Below, piece by piece: positions 41,587 to 54,561 of a DNA stretch of 64,000 nt; within the stretch, counting starts at the first letter, position 1, and the number at the start of each line of letters is the position of its first letter. This DNA is from Octopus sinensis (taxonomy: Eukaryota). Below the pieces are notes generated by a model that worked only from the letters and a program-made list of their open reading frames with translations, made no database searches and had not been told where the DNA came from. The position numbers and the translations under genes were made by a program. The stretch is from contig NC_043014.1 in the NCBI RefSeq assembly GCF_006345805.1, positions 30,256,001 to 30,320,000 of the forward strand, in the 5' to 3' direction.

Positions 41587-42856
41587 TTAGGTCATCTCAT
41601 AAATAATGCAGTTTTTTCAATTGCATGGACTAAAGGTAGGAGGGAAACAGGACAAACTACCTGCATCAACTCGCTATAAAATCAGGTAGTAAATTTACCT
41701 TGTACTTATTCTTAGTGCAAGTTTTGAGGAGTGCAGTTCAATTTTAACAGTTACTTTTTCAGAGCTATGATGGAAGTGACAAAGGAGCATATTTTGCTTT
41801 ATGAGTTTAATAAAAGCAACAATGCAATGGAAAGTGCAAGGAATATTAATGCAGTATATGGGGATCAGACAATAAGCATAAGCCAGTGTCAAGGGTGGTT
41901 CCAGAAATTCTAAGCCGAAAACTACAGCCTAGAAGACGAGTCTTGTCCTGGGAGATCTGTAGAGCTCAATGAGAATGTCCTGCAAACCCCAGTGGAACAA
42001 AATCCCATTGTAACTGTTGAGGAGAAGTTTGGATTTGACCATTCAACCATTCATCAACACCTGTGTGCCATTGGAAAAGTTAGAAAAATTGGGTCAATGG
42101 GTTCCTCACAAACTTTCCGAGTCTAATTGTGTGCAAAGAGTGAATGTGTGCTCTTTTTTGCTGTCAAGTCTCATGAACCAACATTTTTGGACCAAATAGT
42201 GACTGGTGATGAGGAATGGGTTCTCTATAAAAATATCAAATGCCAAAGAAAGTTGGTAGGGAAAGGAGAAACACTGGTACCCCAGGCTAAAGAAGGTCTT
42301 CACCCACGTAAGGTATTGTTATCTGTTTAGTGGGATATGAAAGGTTTAGTCCACTTTGAACTTTTAAACTCAAACCAAACAATAACAAAGGAGATCTATT
42401 GTGAGCAGCTTGAGAGGCTTAAGTCAGTGCTAGAAGAAAAATTACCATTTTTGGTTTCAAGACAAAAGGTGTTCTTCCATCAGGATAATACTTGGCCACA
42501 TGCAGCGAGGATGACATTCCAAAGGCTGGAGCAGTTTGAATGGGAAATAATGCCCCACCCACTATATTCGCTGGACGTTGCCCCATCTGATTATCATTTA
42601 TTCCACAGTTTTCAAAATCATTTGGACGGAAAAAATATGAATTCTGTAGACAAGGTCAGAACTGTACTGGAGGAGTATTTTTCATCATGGACAAGTGAAT
42701 TTTGGAAGAGGGGCCTTGCAAGTGTACCAAATTGATGGAAGAGCATTGTAGAAAATGAAGGAGAGTATATTTTAGATTAAAAAAGAACCTTGTTTATCTT
42801 AACTTTAAAAACTGAAAAAAGTATAAAAAAACCACATTATTAATGGGATGACCCAA
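41587..42856 (+). mobile_element. Full-length (1270 bp) but inactivated mariner transposon, D,D34D type
   Basis: TIRs ttaggtcatctcataaataatg / cattattaatgggatgacccaa with TA flanks. Carries WVPHKL, IVTGDEEW, HQDNTWPH and YSLDVAPSDYHLF motifs. In-frame stops and frameshifts. Confidence 0.95.
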
Positions 42857-43114
42857 TATATATAAATATATTGTAGTATGCTTTTAGATTGCTTAAAAAT
42901 ATTTTGTATAAAAATTAAGAGAATTCATTTTAAGGTGAACAGAGAGTGGTTTAGAATTTTGGTCCTAAAATTGTGAACTCTTTTTTTCGAAATGTTCTCT
43001 TTCCTTTTGAAAATAATCAGAGTAGATAAAAGGACAAGGGATATAGAAAAGGATGGACGGAGTTCAATGGTAAAGTTCAACTCTTTGAAGAGAATTAATA
43101 ATTGTTCATCTGTC

Positions 43115-43397
43115 TCAGCAAGGCAATGTGAATGCTAAAGGTTTTTCAATACTGATCTGATTGTTGGCGTCTAGTTTGAGCTTTGGTGCTTCAGATGTGA
43201 GTTTTGGTGTTGATAATCCTAGTGGCTTTGGTGTTGCTAATGCTATCGGCTTTGGTGTTGCTAATGCTAATGGCTCAAATATACTGTTCATGTTGTTGCT
43301 GACAATATTGTTGCCACCAAAATTATTGTCACCAATGTTGTTGTTGAAGATGCTGTTGTTGCCAAGCTGGTTGCTGCTGCTGATATTGAGGTAGCTG
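43115..43397 (-). CDS. Probable last coding exon of gene A (Asn-rich, then LA(T/S)PKP repeats; stop at 43115)
   Basis: Long pyrimidine tract then aacag acceptor, with the phase-2 start matching 44561. Only this frame is open. An internal donor (ATCA|gtattg) could instead splice onward. Confidence 0.6.
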
Positions 43398-44560
43398 CTG
43401 TTTTTAATGGAGTTAAAGAGAACAACAAAAAATACCAAATGAAACATGAAAGTCACCTACACAAAGTGCTGTTTTGGAATTTTCTCAATGACATTTTTGA
43501 TTGTCTGAGATTGTTCTCATTTTCTTTCCACTAATACTGGGTTTCACCTCTGATTCTTCCTGTACTAAACATTTAACTCTTTAGCATTTAAACCAGTCAT
43601 ATCTGGTTCAAATATTCAAACTGGCCTCTCACGCCTACCCTACAATGTTTTTCCAAAAATAAACAATTACATCATAATCTTGAAGCTTTGAGATAATGCA
43701 TAATTAATTGAAAATAATGTGAATGAATAAGTATTGCATTTGAAAGAATAATCTGCTTGCAAAAGGGTTAATCTGTCCTTTCTTCTAAAATCCACCCTCC
43801 ATCCACACATCCTTTCTACACAAACTGATCTACAGATGTTCAAACTGAACATCAATGGCCATCAGGGAACCTTTTTGTAAACATCCAACCTACTAGAAAT
43901 AGCAGCCAAATCTCCCTCAAATTACACACTGCTATTTTAGAAAAGGATATATTGGATCATGTTGTCCTGGGTTCTATGTATACTGGCAAAAATGGGATGG
44001 TCATGGCTGGTATGCCTTGATCAAAGCTGATCTGGGACTACAAAACAACCTCATTAGTCTGTTCCCCATCCTCAAAGTAGCTTGTAAGAAAATATATTCT
44101 GACAGCTAAAACAGGACTGCCTGACCCTATGAGCCTGAACTTTAGTAAATTGAATGCCTAGAAGGAATTAAAGGATGTAGTCAACTCAAAATGGAGAGCA
44201 AAAAAAATTTTAATATGGCTTGCAGTGATATAGTAGTTCTAATTATAACTATTTCTGATTTAGAATATTTAACAATCCTGGAGGGATGAAAGGCAAAGTT
44301 GACTATAGTGGGATTTGAACTCTTAATATAAAGAACCAGAAGAAATACTGCAAAGCAATTTTTCTGATGTGCTAACAATTCTATCAGTAATAATAATGGC
44401 GTTTGACCAAACCTAAATTTAATTGAGATTCTTTACTTATCTCAGTTTTTTTATTTAGCTTTCATAATTTTTTTTATTAACAAACTAACATTTGTTCAAC
44501 AACAACACAACCAAAATCAGCACACACATGACATTTTCTTTTGAATATTATAAAGGATAC

Positions 44561-44722
44561 TTTTGATCAGGTATATCAACAGTATAAAACTTTGTAATGT
44601 TTGTAAATGATGCTTGGTCTGGTTTAACAGGCTGTATTTGGCTTCGTTGTTCAGTCAACCAGTCGCTCACAGAAACTGTACCACCATAACTAGTTGGTCT
44701 GCGCAGCTCAAGTAAAAGATCT
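44561..44722 (-). CDS. Coding exon of gene A (RDLLLELRRPTSYGGTVSVSDWLTEQ...VDIPDQ; phase 2 to 2)
   Basis: Acceptor tgtatttcccattgcag and donor AAA|gtatcc. Lies within ORF 44548..44784. Confidence 0.8.
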
Positions 44723-44964
44723 CTGCAATGGGAAATACAAACAGAAATGGTAGCAACAATCAAATATTGACTTCCTACATCCAAAATAGGACAAGTTCTT
44801 CTATTACAATGTTTTAGTTTGTGTGAAGCAATTTTAGAGTTGAAATAATCAAGTGGGTTCTTGGCACTAGTAAGTAGAGGAAGAAGAGGAAGGGTCCACC
44901 ATTATTATTATTTTTATTATTATTATTATCATCATCATTATTATTATTGTTGTTGTTATTATTG

Positions 44965-45520
44965 AGTGAGAGAGCAGTGCATGCCATCAAAGTGACACTG
45001 GGGTAAAATATATGAAGCCCAATATACCCATCATGACTACCCATTTGATAAGGGTACACCAGGTACATGCTTCACAACCATATGTGTGTGAAATGGTGAT
45101 CTCATATCAAGATAAACAACATATGAAGTAGCAGGTGGGGCCCAGTTAGAATTTTCTTTAGGTTAAGTAGCCCATCCCACACAAAAGGTCCCTGAATAAG
45201 GTTTGATTAAGGATGTTGAACAAAACACCCATGTTTCTAGACATGAATTATTCAAACCTTAAAGAATTTCTCTCAACACATGGCTATGATGCCCCCCCCC
45301 CACTACTTCTACTCATGATCAGAGATGCACATGTCATCAACCATTAAGGAACGTGCTCAACTGGTTAAGGTCAAGCAACTGACAAGCAAATCTGTGGTAT
45401 TGAGCAGAATATTTGCTGCAGCCCATCTTTTATACCAAGGCAAAACAATGTACATGATAACACTTCCAATCAGTTAAGATCAAAAGCCATGACAGCCACT
45501 GCCTGGTACTGCATCAGGAC
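44965..45520 (-). mobile_element. Near full-length copy of the (AAT)n-associated element
   Basis: Homology to 16413-16926. Left flank is (ATT/ATC/GTT)n. Confidence 0.8.
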
Positions 45521-45544
45521 TATTATTTCTCTTTTTAACTTAGG

Positions 45545-45830
45545 TTTTGTTGTAATTCCTAGAGCCTTGCATGCACAGCAGGCTTGCTTCCTGCAGTCTA
45601 CAGTACTATGTTATCTGTTCTTTTCAATGATTTAATACTTTCCTGATTATTGTGGCCCTGCCAAGGAGGCAAACCTTTTGTAACAGCTCTTCTGGGCACT
45701 CTATTCTGATTTCCTTTATATTCCTCTGGATGCCTCCTGATACTGTTCTCAAACAATTACTTTCCACGCAAGTGTGGGTTGAACAGGTCACTACAGACCA
45801 AGTTAGTTCTTATTCAGGGTTACTACCTTC
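45545..45830 (-). mobile_element. 3' end of a decayed REL LINE
   Basis: Reads EELLQKVCLLGRATIIRKVL, the typical C-terminus of REL-type ORFs. Confidence 0.6.
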
Positions 45831-48479
45831 CTAGATAGATCATAGGATCACATCTTGTAAGGTCCATTTTTGCTATGGTTTCTATGCTTGGTTGCTGTTT
45901 GTAATGCCAACCACTTTGCAGAGTGAACTGGGTGCATTTTATGAGACTAGATTCTGAGAGGTTATCATAGATTTGACAAGACTTAGGGGCCTTCTCTCCC
46001 CTACATTGTCTCTAGTTGTTCACCAACCACAGAGTGTTTCAAGTCAGACTGATTTCTAGTAATGGCATAAGGCCATATATTTTTGGGGAAATATTCGATT
46101 AAATTGAATCTCTTCAGTATTTTGATTGGTAATTTATTTTATCAAGTTTTCAAGGATGAAAGGTAAAGTTGACTTCAGTATGAGTTGACTGAATGTTAAG
46201 GTTTGTAATTGAATATCACCATGAATTTTGTTTGATATTTTAATGATTTCGCAAATTTACAGGGAATATTCCCATGCAGGTTGCATGGCAACCTCACTAT
46301 TGCTGGGGACATGAAAAAAGCACCCAGTACACTCTGTAAGGTGAATGGCTCAGTGGCTAGAGTGTTGGGCTCACAATCATGATGTAGTGAGTTCAATTCC
46401 CGGATTGGGCTGTGTGTTGTGTTCTTGAGCAAGACACTTTATTTCACATTGTTCTAGTTCACTCAGCTGTAGAAATGAATTGCAACGTCACTGGTGCCAA
46501 GATCTATCGGCCTTTGCCTTTCCCTTGGATAACATCGGTGGTGTGGAGAGGAGGAGGCTAGTATGCATGGGTGACTACTGGTCTTCCATAAACAACCTTG
46601 CCCAGACTTGTACCTCAGAGGGTAATATTCTAGGTGCAGTTCTGTGGTCATTCATGACCGAAAGGAGTCTTTGCAGTTTACCCTTTTAGACTCTGTAAAG
46701 TGGTTGGGCATGAGGAAGGGCATCCAGCCATAGAGACCATGCCAAAGATGACACTGGATCTCAACACAGCCTAGCAGCTCACCAGTTCCTGGACAAACCA
46801 TCCTACCCATGCCAGTGAACAAAAAACGATGATGATCTGGTACCTATTCCTGACAGCTAGGTAAGCTGAAGCATACAGAATTAAATGCTATTCCTAAATA
46901 CACAATAAAGCACTTGCATTGGATTTGAATTCAAAACCTACAAGCTGATTATAATTCATTATATTGCTTCTGCTATGAAATAGCTTGTGAGTAATCAATC
47001 AAACATTTGGAATATACTGTATAAATCTTTAGTCTGTCAATATAATGCTATCAGGCCAGTCTGTCTCTACCTACATTCAAGATGTGGTATTACCAAATTT
47101 TCTCATGACTTATACTCTCCTAATAATTCTAAAGTGCGTGGTAAGAAGCTTGCTTCTCAACCACATGGTTCTGGGTTCAGTCCCACTGGGTGGCACCTTG
47201 GGAAAGTGTTTTCTATTATAGCATTAGACCAACCAAAGATTTGTGAGCAGATTTGGTAGATGGAAGGTGAAAGAAGCCCACCTATATGCATGTGTATGTT
47301 TGTCCCCCACCACTACTTGACATCTGGTGTTGGTGTGTTTACATCCCCACTCTTGTAACTTAGTGGTTCAGCAAAAGACACCAATAGAATAAGTACGAGG
47401 CTTAAAAATGTAAGTCCTGAGGTTAATTAGTTTGATTAAAATCCTACAAGGCAGTGCCCCAGCAGGGTCACAGTCAAATGACTGAAACAAGTAAAAGGTA
47501 AAAGATTTATTTACTATCAAGGCTGGTAAAAACATAATACACAAATTGTGTGTGTGTGTGTGTGTGTATGAATACTCACTGTTAATGTTGTTCTCAACAA
47601 AAAGTATTGAATAATCCTTCAGTTTAATGTAAAATTATTTTTATTATAACTTAACATAAAAACAAACAGTAACTGACATGCATATGTTAGCATTACTCTG
47701 TGTGTGTGTAAATGCACACACACACACACACACTCATACATGCACACAATAAAAAAAATAATCTTTTCTACTCTAGGTATAAGGCCTGAAATTTTTTTTG
47801 AGGGGGAGGGGACAGTCAATTAAGTCAACCCCAGTATGCAACTGGTACTTAATTTATCGACCCCAAAAGGATGAAAGGCAAAGTCAACCTCAGCGGAATT
47901 TCAACTCAGAATGTAAAGACAGACGACATACCGCTAAGCATTTCGCCCAGCATGCTAATGTTTCTGATAGTTCGCCGCCTTACAATAAAAAAAAATAATA
48001 AAACCAAAATGCTTACTTGGCTGGTATATATTGTGCAGAGTAATTTGAACTGGTAGCTTTAGGAACTGCAATGTAGAAGAGTAGTAGTGGTATCAATCAT
48101 ATGCATTTAAATTCAAAATTAAGTTCATTTTAATAACGTACTTTAGTTGAGCAAATCAACACCAGGACTTATTCTATCGTTCTCTTTTGCCGAACCGCTA
48201 AGTTATGGGGGACGTAAATACACCAGCATCGGTTGTCAAGCAATGTTGGGGGACAAACACAGACACACAAACATATATATATATATATACATATATACCA
48301 CGGGCTTCTTTCAGTTTCCATCTACCAAATCCACTCACAAGGCTTTGGTTGGCCCGAGGCTATAGTAGAAGACACTTGCCCAAGGTGCCATGCAGTGGGA
48401 CTGAACCCGGAACCATGTGGTTGGTAAGCAAGCTACTTACCACACAGCCACTCCTGCACCTATGTATGTGACTCCAACC

Positions 48480-48810
48480 AATATGTGACTCAGATGTGTA
48501 AGTGTCTCTGACATGGATGTGCTAGTGTGTGACATAAATGTATTAGTGTGTGACATAGATGTGTTAGTATGTGATATGGATGTGTTGATGTGAGACATGA
48601 ATGTATTAGTGTGTGACATGCATGTGTTAGTGTGTGACATTGATATGTTAGGATGTGATGTTGATGTTTTAGTGTGTGACATGGATGTGTCAGTGTGTAA
48701 CATGGATGCATCAGTGTGTGACATGTAAGTGTTGTTATGTGGCTTTGATGTATAAGTGTGTGACATGCATATGTTAGTGTGTGACATGAAGGTGTTAGCA
48801 TATGACATGA
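48480..48810. repeat. Degenerate 21-bp minisatellite (tgtgtgacatg-atgtgttag)
   Basis: Directly visible. It explains the SHT-repeat ORFs. Confidence 0.9.
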
Positions 48811-49584
48811 AGTGTAAGAAAACTTCATCAATTATAATTTATAACAATGTTTTTCCTTGGACACACATATATTTAATACCTCATATACTACAAGAAATCA
48901 CAACTAGATCTGTGATAATACAGCTACTCCACTGCATCAGCTCGTACCTTTCTCTTGGACAATATTAGTGGCTCAAGAGGGGTGAGACTCGAAACATAGG
49001 CAATTTCCAGGTGCAGATACATGGTAACACTGACCAACAGAAGCTTTTCAGAATATTACCCACTACACACTGGTGTTTTACTGATTAGAATATCCTGCAG
49101 TGTCAGTGACATGTAAAAGATACCCATGCTGGTGATATATAAAAAGCAGCCATGCTGGTAACACATTGAAGACACCAAGTACACTCTGTAAAGTGGTTGG
49201 TGTTAGGAAGGGCATCCAGCTGTAGACACCAAGCCGAATCAGACAAATGGAGCCTGGTGCAGCTCTCCAGCTTACCAGCTCAATCAAATCATTCAACTCA
49301 TGCCAGAATGGAAAATGGACATTAAATTCTGATGTTGCTGCTGCTGATGATGATGATGGTAGTGGTGGTATACAGATTAGAGTATCATGCAATAGTGTTT
49401 CACAGTTAAGGTAGTCACACTTTAACAACACCTCCATCACCATGATCATGATCATCATTATCGTTTAACATCTGCTTTCCATGCTAGCATTGGTTGGATG
49501 ATTTGACTGAGGCAATGATGAATTATTTTTTTCCCCACTACCATGCAGTCATTACACCAACTCTTCATCATCATCATCATCATC

Positions 49585-49980
49585 ATCATTTAACGTCCGC
49601 TTTCCATGCTAGCATGGGTTGGACGGTTCAACTGGGGTCTGGGGAGCCCGAAGGCTGCACCAGGCCAGTCAGATCTGGCAGTGTTTCTACAGCTGGATGC
49701 CCTTCCTAACGCCAACCACTCCGAGAGTGTAGTGGGTGATTTTATGTGCCACCGACACAGGTGCCAGACGAGGCTGGCGAACGGCCACGCTCGGATGGTG
49801 TTTTTATGTGCCACCGACACAGGTGCCAGACGAGGCTGGCGAACGGCCACGCTCGGATGGTGTTTTTATGTGCCACCGACACAGGTGCCAGACGAGGCTG
49901 ACGAACGGCCACGATCGGATGGTGTTTCTTACGTGCCCACAGCACGGAGGCCAGTCGATGCGGTACTGGCTACGGCCAGT
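49585..49980 (-). mobile_element. Young RTE-3'-derived element containing three tandem 62-bp units (49741-49925)
   Basis: RTE 3'UTR with a (GAT)n tail and CpGs retained. The unit atgtgccaccgac recurs at 49744, 49806 and 49868. Related copies lie at about 9070-9410, 55945-56085 and 59470-60100. Confidence 0.8.
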
Positions 49981-50157
49981 AAATAATACAAAACTAAACA
50001 AAACTAAACATTTTGTGCCAGTTTGAGTAAGGAACAAGTACCAACCTTCGAAATATGATTTTGGTATGTTGCTTGAATAATGTTGCCATGACAACTGTTT
50101 GGTACGAGATCTGAAACGTCAACAAGCATTAGATTTACGAAAATACAAACAAATGAA

Positions 50158-50692
50158 ATTGATCAGATCACCTGGAACCTCATCATCACAACCAGATATA
50201 TATGTAATCAGGACTGAATTCCTCCTTGACACTAGAAGTGGTCTTTATACTTACTCAAAACCTTAAAAGCATTCTATAGAATAACTGGTATTTATTTTAT
50301 GATCCTTGAATGCCTAAGTTGGTTTTGACAGAAATTGAACTTGGAGTCATCTCAAATCTTTTCTACTCTGCAATCTGATGCCTTGCTCAAGACTCCACAG
50401 AAATAACTAAAACACAAAATGCAGGTCTTCTTAATGAGATGTTAATGAGGCAAGAACATGAGGTTAGAGATTAAGGTGACTAGGTAATTTATGGTATCTT
50501 AAATTCTAAGTTCAATTTCTGTCAAAACCAACTTAGGCATTCAAGGATCATAAAATAAATACCAGTTATTCTATAGAATGCTTTTAAGGTTTTGAGTAAG
50601 TATAAAGACCACTCCTAGTGTCAGGGAGGAATTCAGTCCTGATTACATATATATCTGGTTATGATGATGAGGTTCCAAGTGATCTGATCAAT
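50158..50692. repeat. Inverted repeat: 185-bp arms (50158-50342, 50508-50692) with a 165-bp spacer
   Basis: Arms match with about 4 transition mismatches seen by eye. Confidence 0.9.
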
Positions 50693-52754
50693 GGAACAGC
50701 CAGGTCATGCAATTAATATGCAAGTGGCTGAGCACTCCACAGACACGTGCATCCTTAACATAGTTCTCAAGGAGATTCAGCATGACACAGAATGTGACAA
50801 GGCTGACCCTTTGAACTACAGGTACTACTCATTTTTGCCAGCTGAGTGGACTGGAGCAATGAGAAATAATGTCTTGCTCAAGGATACAACACAACACTAG
50901 GAACCAAACTCACAACTTTATAATTATGAGTCGCTAAGTCATACGCCTTCACTTATATACATATATTATCCCTCTTAATAAGGTGTCGTTTACTTACATT
51001 TTAGGAGATAATCTCAATTTGTTCTGTTTTACTGCTGACCTTCTGGACTGTAAAATAGCATTGGCATGAGAAATTGGATTGGTCCAATCAGACTCTGGAA
51101 ATAAAACAGAATATTTCTTTACTGTTGAAGTTGTTGTTATTATTTAGCCCCAGATTGACTCCAAATGATCTAACCATGACTACCAATCTTTAGGACTTCA
51201 TTATCTAATGTTTCTTTTCATATTTAAGATGATAAGACATGATTTGAGGGAGATTTAGCTGCTATTTCTGCAGGTCAAGTGACTTTACACAGGCTCCTTT
51301 GTTGGCTAAATAACGGTGACATTGATGGTTGTTGTATAGCTCCAAGGTTAGCCCCGATCAAGCAGACTAGATCAAAGATTTTTCCATTGGTGACTACCTT
51401 GCCTTTTTATATATCTAAAACTAAATAGATTTAGAAACTGTCTATTTCTAGCAGGTTGAGAGACTATAGAGAAGCTTCCTTGTATCTTGTAATCTAATTT
51501 AGATTAGAAATTATTGCTGTCATTTCTTCTCTACTTTAAATTAAATATCACATTTACTAACAATCATATTTAATACATATAACTGTTTTTTTGTTTTTCT
51601 TTCTACTTGCATTGCATATCTTGGTTTTAAAATAAGTTCATCATGTCCCTGGATGTTGCAAGAAGTAACAAAAAGAGCCAGTGGCAGGAAGGAAGGGTAT
51701 CTAACCATAAAACACTGCTTCAGGATACCTATCCAACCCAGGTTGACATAAAAGAGCAGATGTAAAATAATGATAATGAAACAATGATTTCTACTTGTTT
51801 TTCTATCATTACTGCTTAATGGTTTCAAATTTTGTCACACGGTCAGCAGTTTCGGGGAAGGAGGCAAGTCAATAACATTGACCCCAGTGCACAACTGGAA
51901 CTCTATTTTACTGACTCTGAAATGATGAAAGGCAAAATTGATCTCAGTGATATTTGAACTCAGAACATAAAGATAGACAAAACACTGCTAAGCATTTTGT
52001 TCAGCATGTTAACGATTCTGCCACCTCACCACCTTATTATTGGTTAATGGGGCAGTGTTATCATCATCATCATCATACATCTGTTGTCCATGCTGGTATG
52101 GATTGGATGGTTTGACCAGGGCTGGAAGGCTGCACCAGACTCCAGTCTGATTTGACATGGTTGGATGCCTTTCCTAATTCCACAGGTGCCATTTGCTTGA
52201 CATCAGTATCTGCCACGACTGTGATTTTACTTGACTGGAGTTTGGAGTTGTCTCCCATAATTATAATTAGTCCCTCATTGAGCTCATGTCTTTGATTTCA
52301 CAGCATATTTATTTCTGATCAGAGATTTAATGTACAATTCATTACACATGTTAACACTAACTTACTTACTGTCATATAGATGACACTCATGAATATTTAA
52401 TCACAGTGTTTTTTTGTTTTGTTTTTTGTGTGGAGAGGAGGGTCTGTTAAATAACGTTGATTATTTCATGCTGAACGATATAGAAAATCATACAAACTAC
52501 TTACTGATTCTCTTATCGCTACTTCGATCAGAATAACAAAGTAATGATTTTGTTGAGAAAGCATAAAATGTCCAACATTGTCTCCCATACATACTGAAAT
52601 GGTTAAATTAATATTAGTCATTCTGTACTAAATAAATATATTTGATACCCACTAGATTTACTATATTGGCACTAACTTTCCAATTCACTAATGCAACTTT
52701 TAGTACCTCTCACTACACTTCTATATATTTTGAGATATGGCATGAAGCAAATAC

Positions 52755-52950
52755 CTACGTTTGATTTCTGTCACCTGTGGAGTTACTGGTGTTTCGTCAA
52801 TCACAGAACATAAGTCTCCAATTAAATGACAAAGGTACTGGTTGTCCAAAGAGTCTCCAGCTTTAGTAGATTTGGCATTCACATAATTATTCTGAGATGT
52901 TTCTGGAATTATCCCAGATTCCGCTGGAACATTCTGGTTACTTTTCAGCA
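52755..52950 (-). CDS. Coding exon of gene A (LLKSNQNVPAESG...TPQVTEIKR; phase 1 to 2)
   Basis: Acceptor ccattttctgttgagcag and donor TAG|gtattt (an alternative donor lies 4 nt upstream). Joins 44722 to read EIKRRDLLLELRRP. Confidence 0.8.
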
Positions 52951-53664
52951 CTGCTCAACAGAAAATGGTGTATTAAAGATGGAGAAAGAAAAAAAAATGT
53001 CATAATAATTTCATAAGAATAATTTGTAAGTTATTTATTTAGGATTGTACATCCACATGTACACAGACACATACACTCTCTCTCCTTCACACACTGTATA
53101 AGCTGTGTATCTAACTATTCCAATCAGTTAGTCTATATAACTTAATTTAGTGTCACTTTTTTTAAATAGCATTGAACAACAGAAATCAGTAAAGAACTGG
53201 ACAAAATGTTTTATGCTGATTAGATACAATCTTTTATTTTCTGAGCTCCAATCCCAGTGAGCTGTGGAAGCATGTGATTTAGCGGTTAGAGTGTTGGACT
53301 CATGATCATGAGATTCTGGTTTCAATTCCTCCGCCAAGCAAGCATTGAGTTCTTGAGCAAAACACTTCATTTCATGTTGCTCCAGTACACTCAGCTGGTA
53401 AAAATGAGTAAACATGTGATGGACTGACATCTCATCCAGCAGGGAATATATACGCCAGAGAAACTGGGAAACCAGCCCTATGAATCTGTATGACTTGGGA
53501 AGGACCTTGATTTTATATTTATAATCCCACTTGATGGGTTTAGTTGAACAAATTGATCTCAGTACTTCATTTTTTTTTAAAGCCTGGTACTACTTATTCT
53601 ATCAGTTTTAATTTGCTGAACTGCTACATAACAGTACATAAGCAAAGCAACGCCATATGTCCAC

Positions 53665-53735
53665 GGGCATATGGTGTAGTGGTTAAGAGTGCGGGCTACT
53701 AACCCCAAGATTCCGAGTTTGATTCCAGGCAGTGA
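53665..53735 (+). mobile_element. tRNA-like SINE head followed directly by (GAG/GAA)n
   Basis: A box TGGTGTAGTGG and B box GAGTTTGATTCC, with no intact cloverleaf acceptor stem. Confidence 0.6.
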
Positions 53736-54012
53736 GGAGGAGGAGGAAGAGGAGGAAGAAGAAGAAGAAGAAGAAGAAGAAGAAGAAGAAGAAAAAGAAG
53801 AAGAAGAAGAAGAAGAAACCAACACCAGTTATCAAGCAGTGTTGGGGAACAACTATTCATATCTCTAGTTCTTACTGTCTTCCTGTTTCCTTACTACTAC
53901 TACTACTTTTTGCCTCATCCAATAAAGTTCCCAGAACCATAGGATCCAGGAAACAAAAGGACCCTCAAGTATTATTATAGCTGGTAATGGAAGAACATTC
54001 TAGAGAACTCAC

Positions 54013-54178
54013 ACTTAATCAAGTTGTTGTAGCTGTCATCTTCACTGCTTGATTCCAAGGTATCATCAAGACCATTATCATAATCATCATCAACATTATC
54101 AATATCTGTGTTCAGTTCCAAGTCCAAAGCAGGGTCAAAAGTCACAGGCCTTGAACCATTGGCATACTTCAAATATGG
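54013..54178 (-). CDS. Coding exon of gene A (PYLKYANGSRPVTFDPALDLELNTD... acidic stretch; phase 0 to 1)
   Basis: Acceptor ttttttttttccacag and donor AGT|gtgagt. Lies within ORF 53975..54232. Confidence 0.85.
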
Positions 54179-54496
54179 CTGTGGAAAAAAAAAACAAAAG
54201 CATATATAGTAAAGATACATAGGTGCAGGCACGGCTGTGTGGTAAGAAGCTTGCTTCCCAATTTCATGGTTCTGGGTTCAATCCCACTGCATGGCACCCT
54301 GGGTGAGTGTCTTCTACTATAGCCTCAGGCCAGCCTTATGAGCCGATTTGGTAGATGGAAACTGAAAGCCCATCATATGTATATATATATTTTAAAGAAG
54401 CCATAGGCCAACAGGTCTTAGGGTCTGAAGATATACCATAAAGGTATCCTTTATGGTAAGAAACCCAAGGTAACCCTGTAAACTGGCCTTCACCAG

Positions 54497-54561
<65 letters not shown>

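Noticed and set aside
48437-48831. SHT/CHTL repeat ORFs of 113-123 aa
   Set aside because: A 21-bp minisatellite open in several frames, with no splice or codon evidence.
48965-49010. Hammerhead-like ctcaagag...ctcgaaac
   Set aside because: The core is mutated (CTCAAGA) and no stem I or stem III pairing was found.
48948-49029. Possible 82-nt exon of gene A (SVTMYLHLEIAYVSSLTPLEPLILSKRK)
   Set aside because: It ends in phase 0 and breaks the chain, while 52755 joins 44722 directly in phase 2. The segment also resembles a decayed PLE terminus.
53665-53735. tRNA gene
   Set aside because: A and B boxes are present but there is no full cloverleaf or terminator. It is a SINE head.
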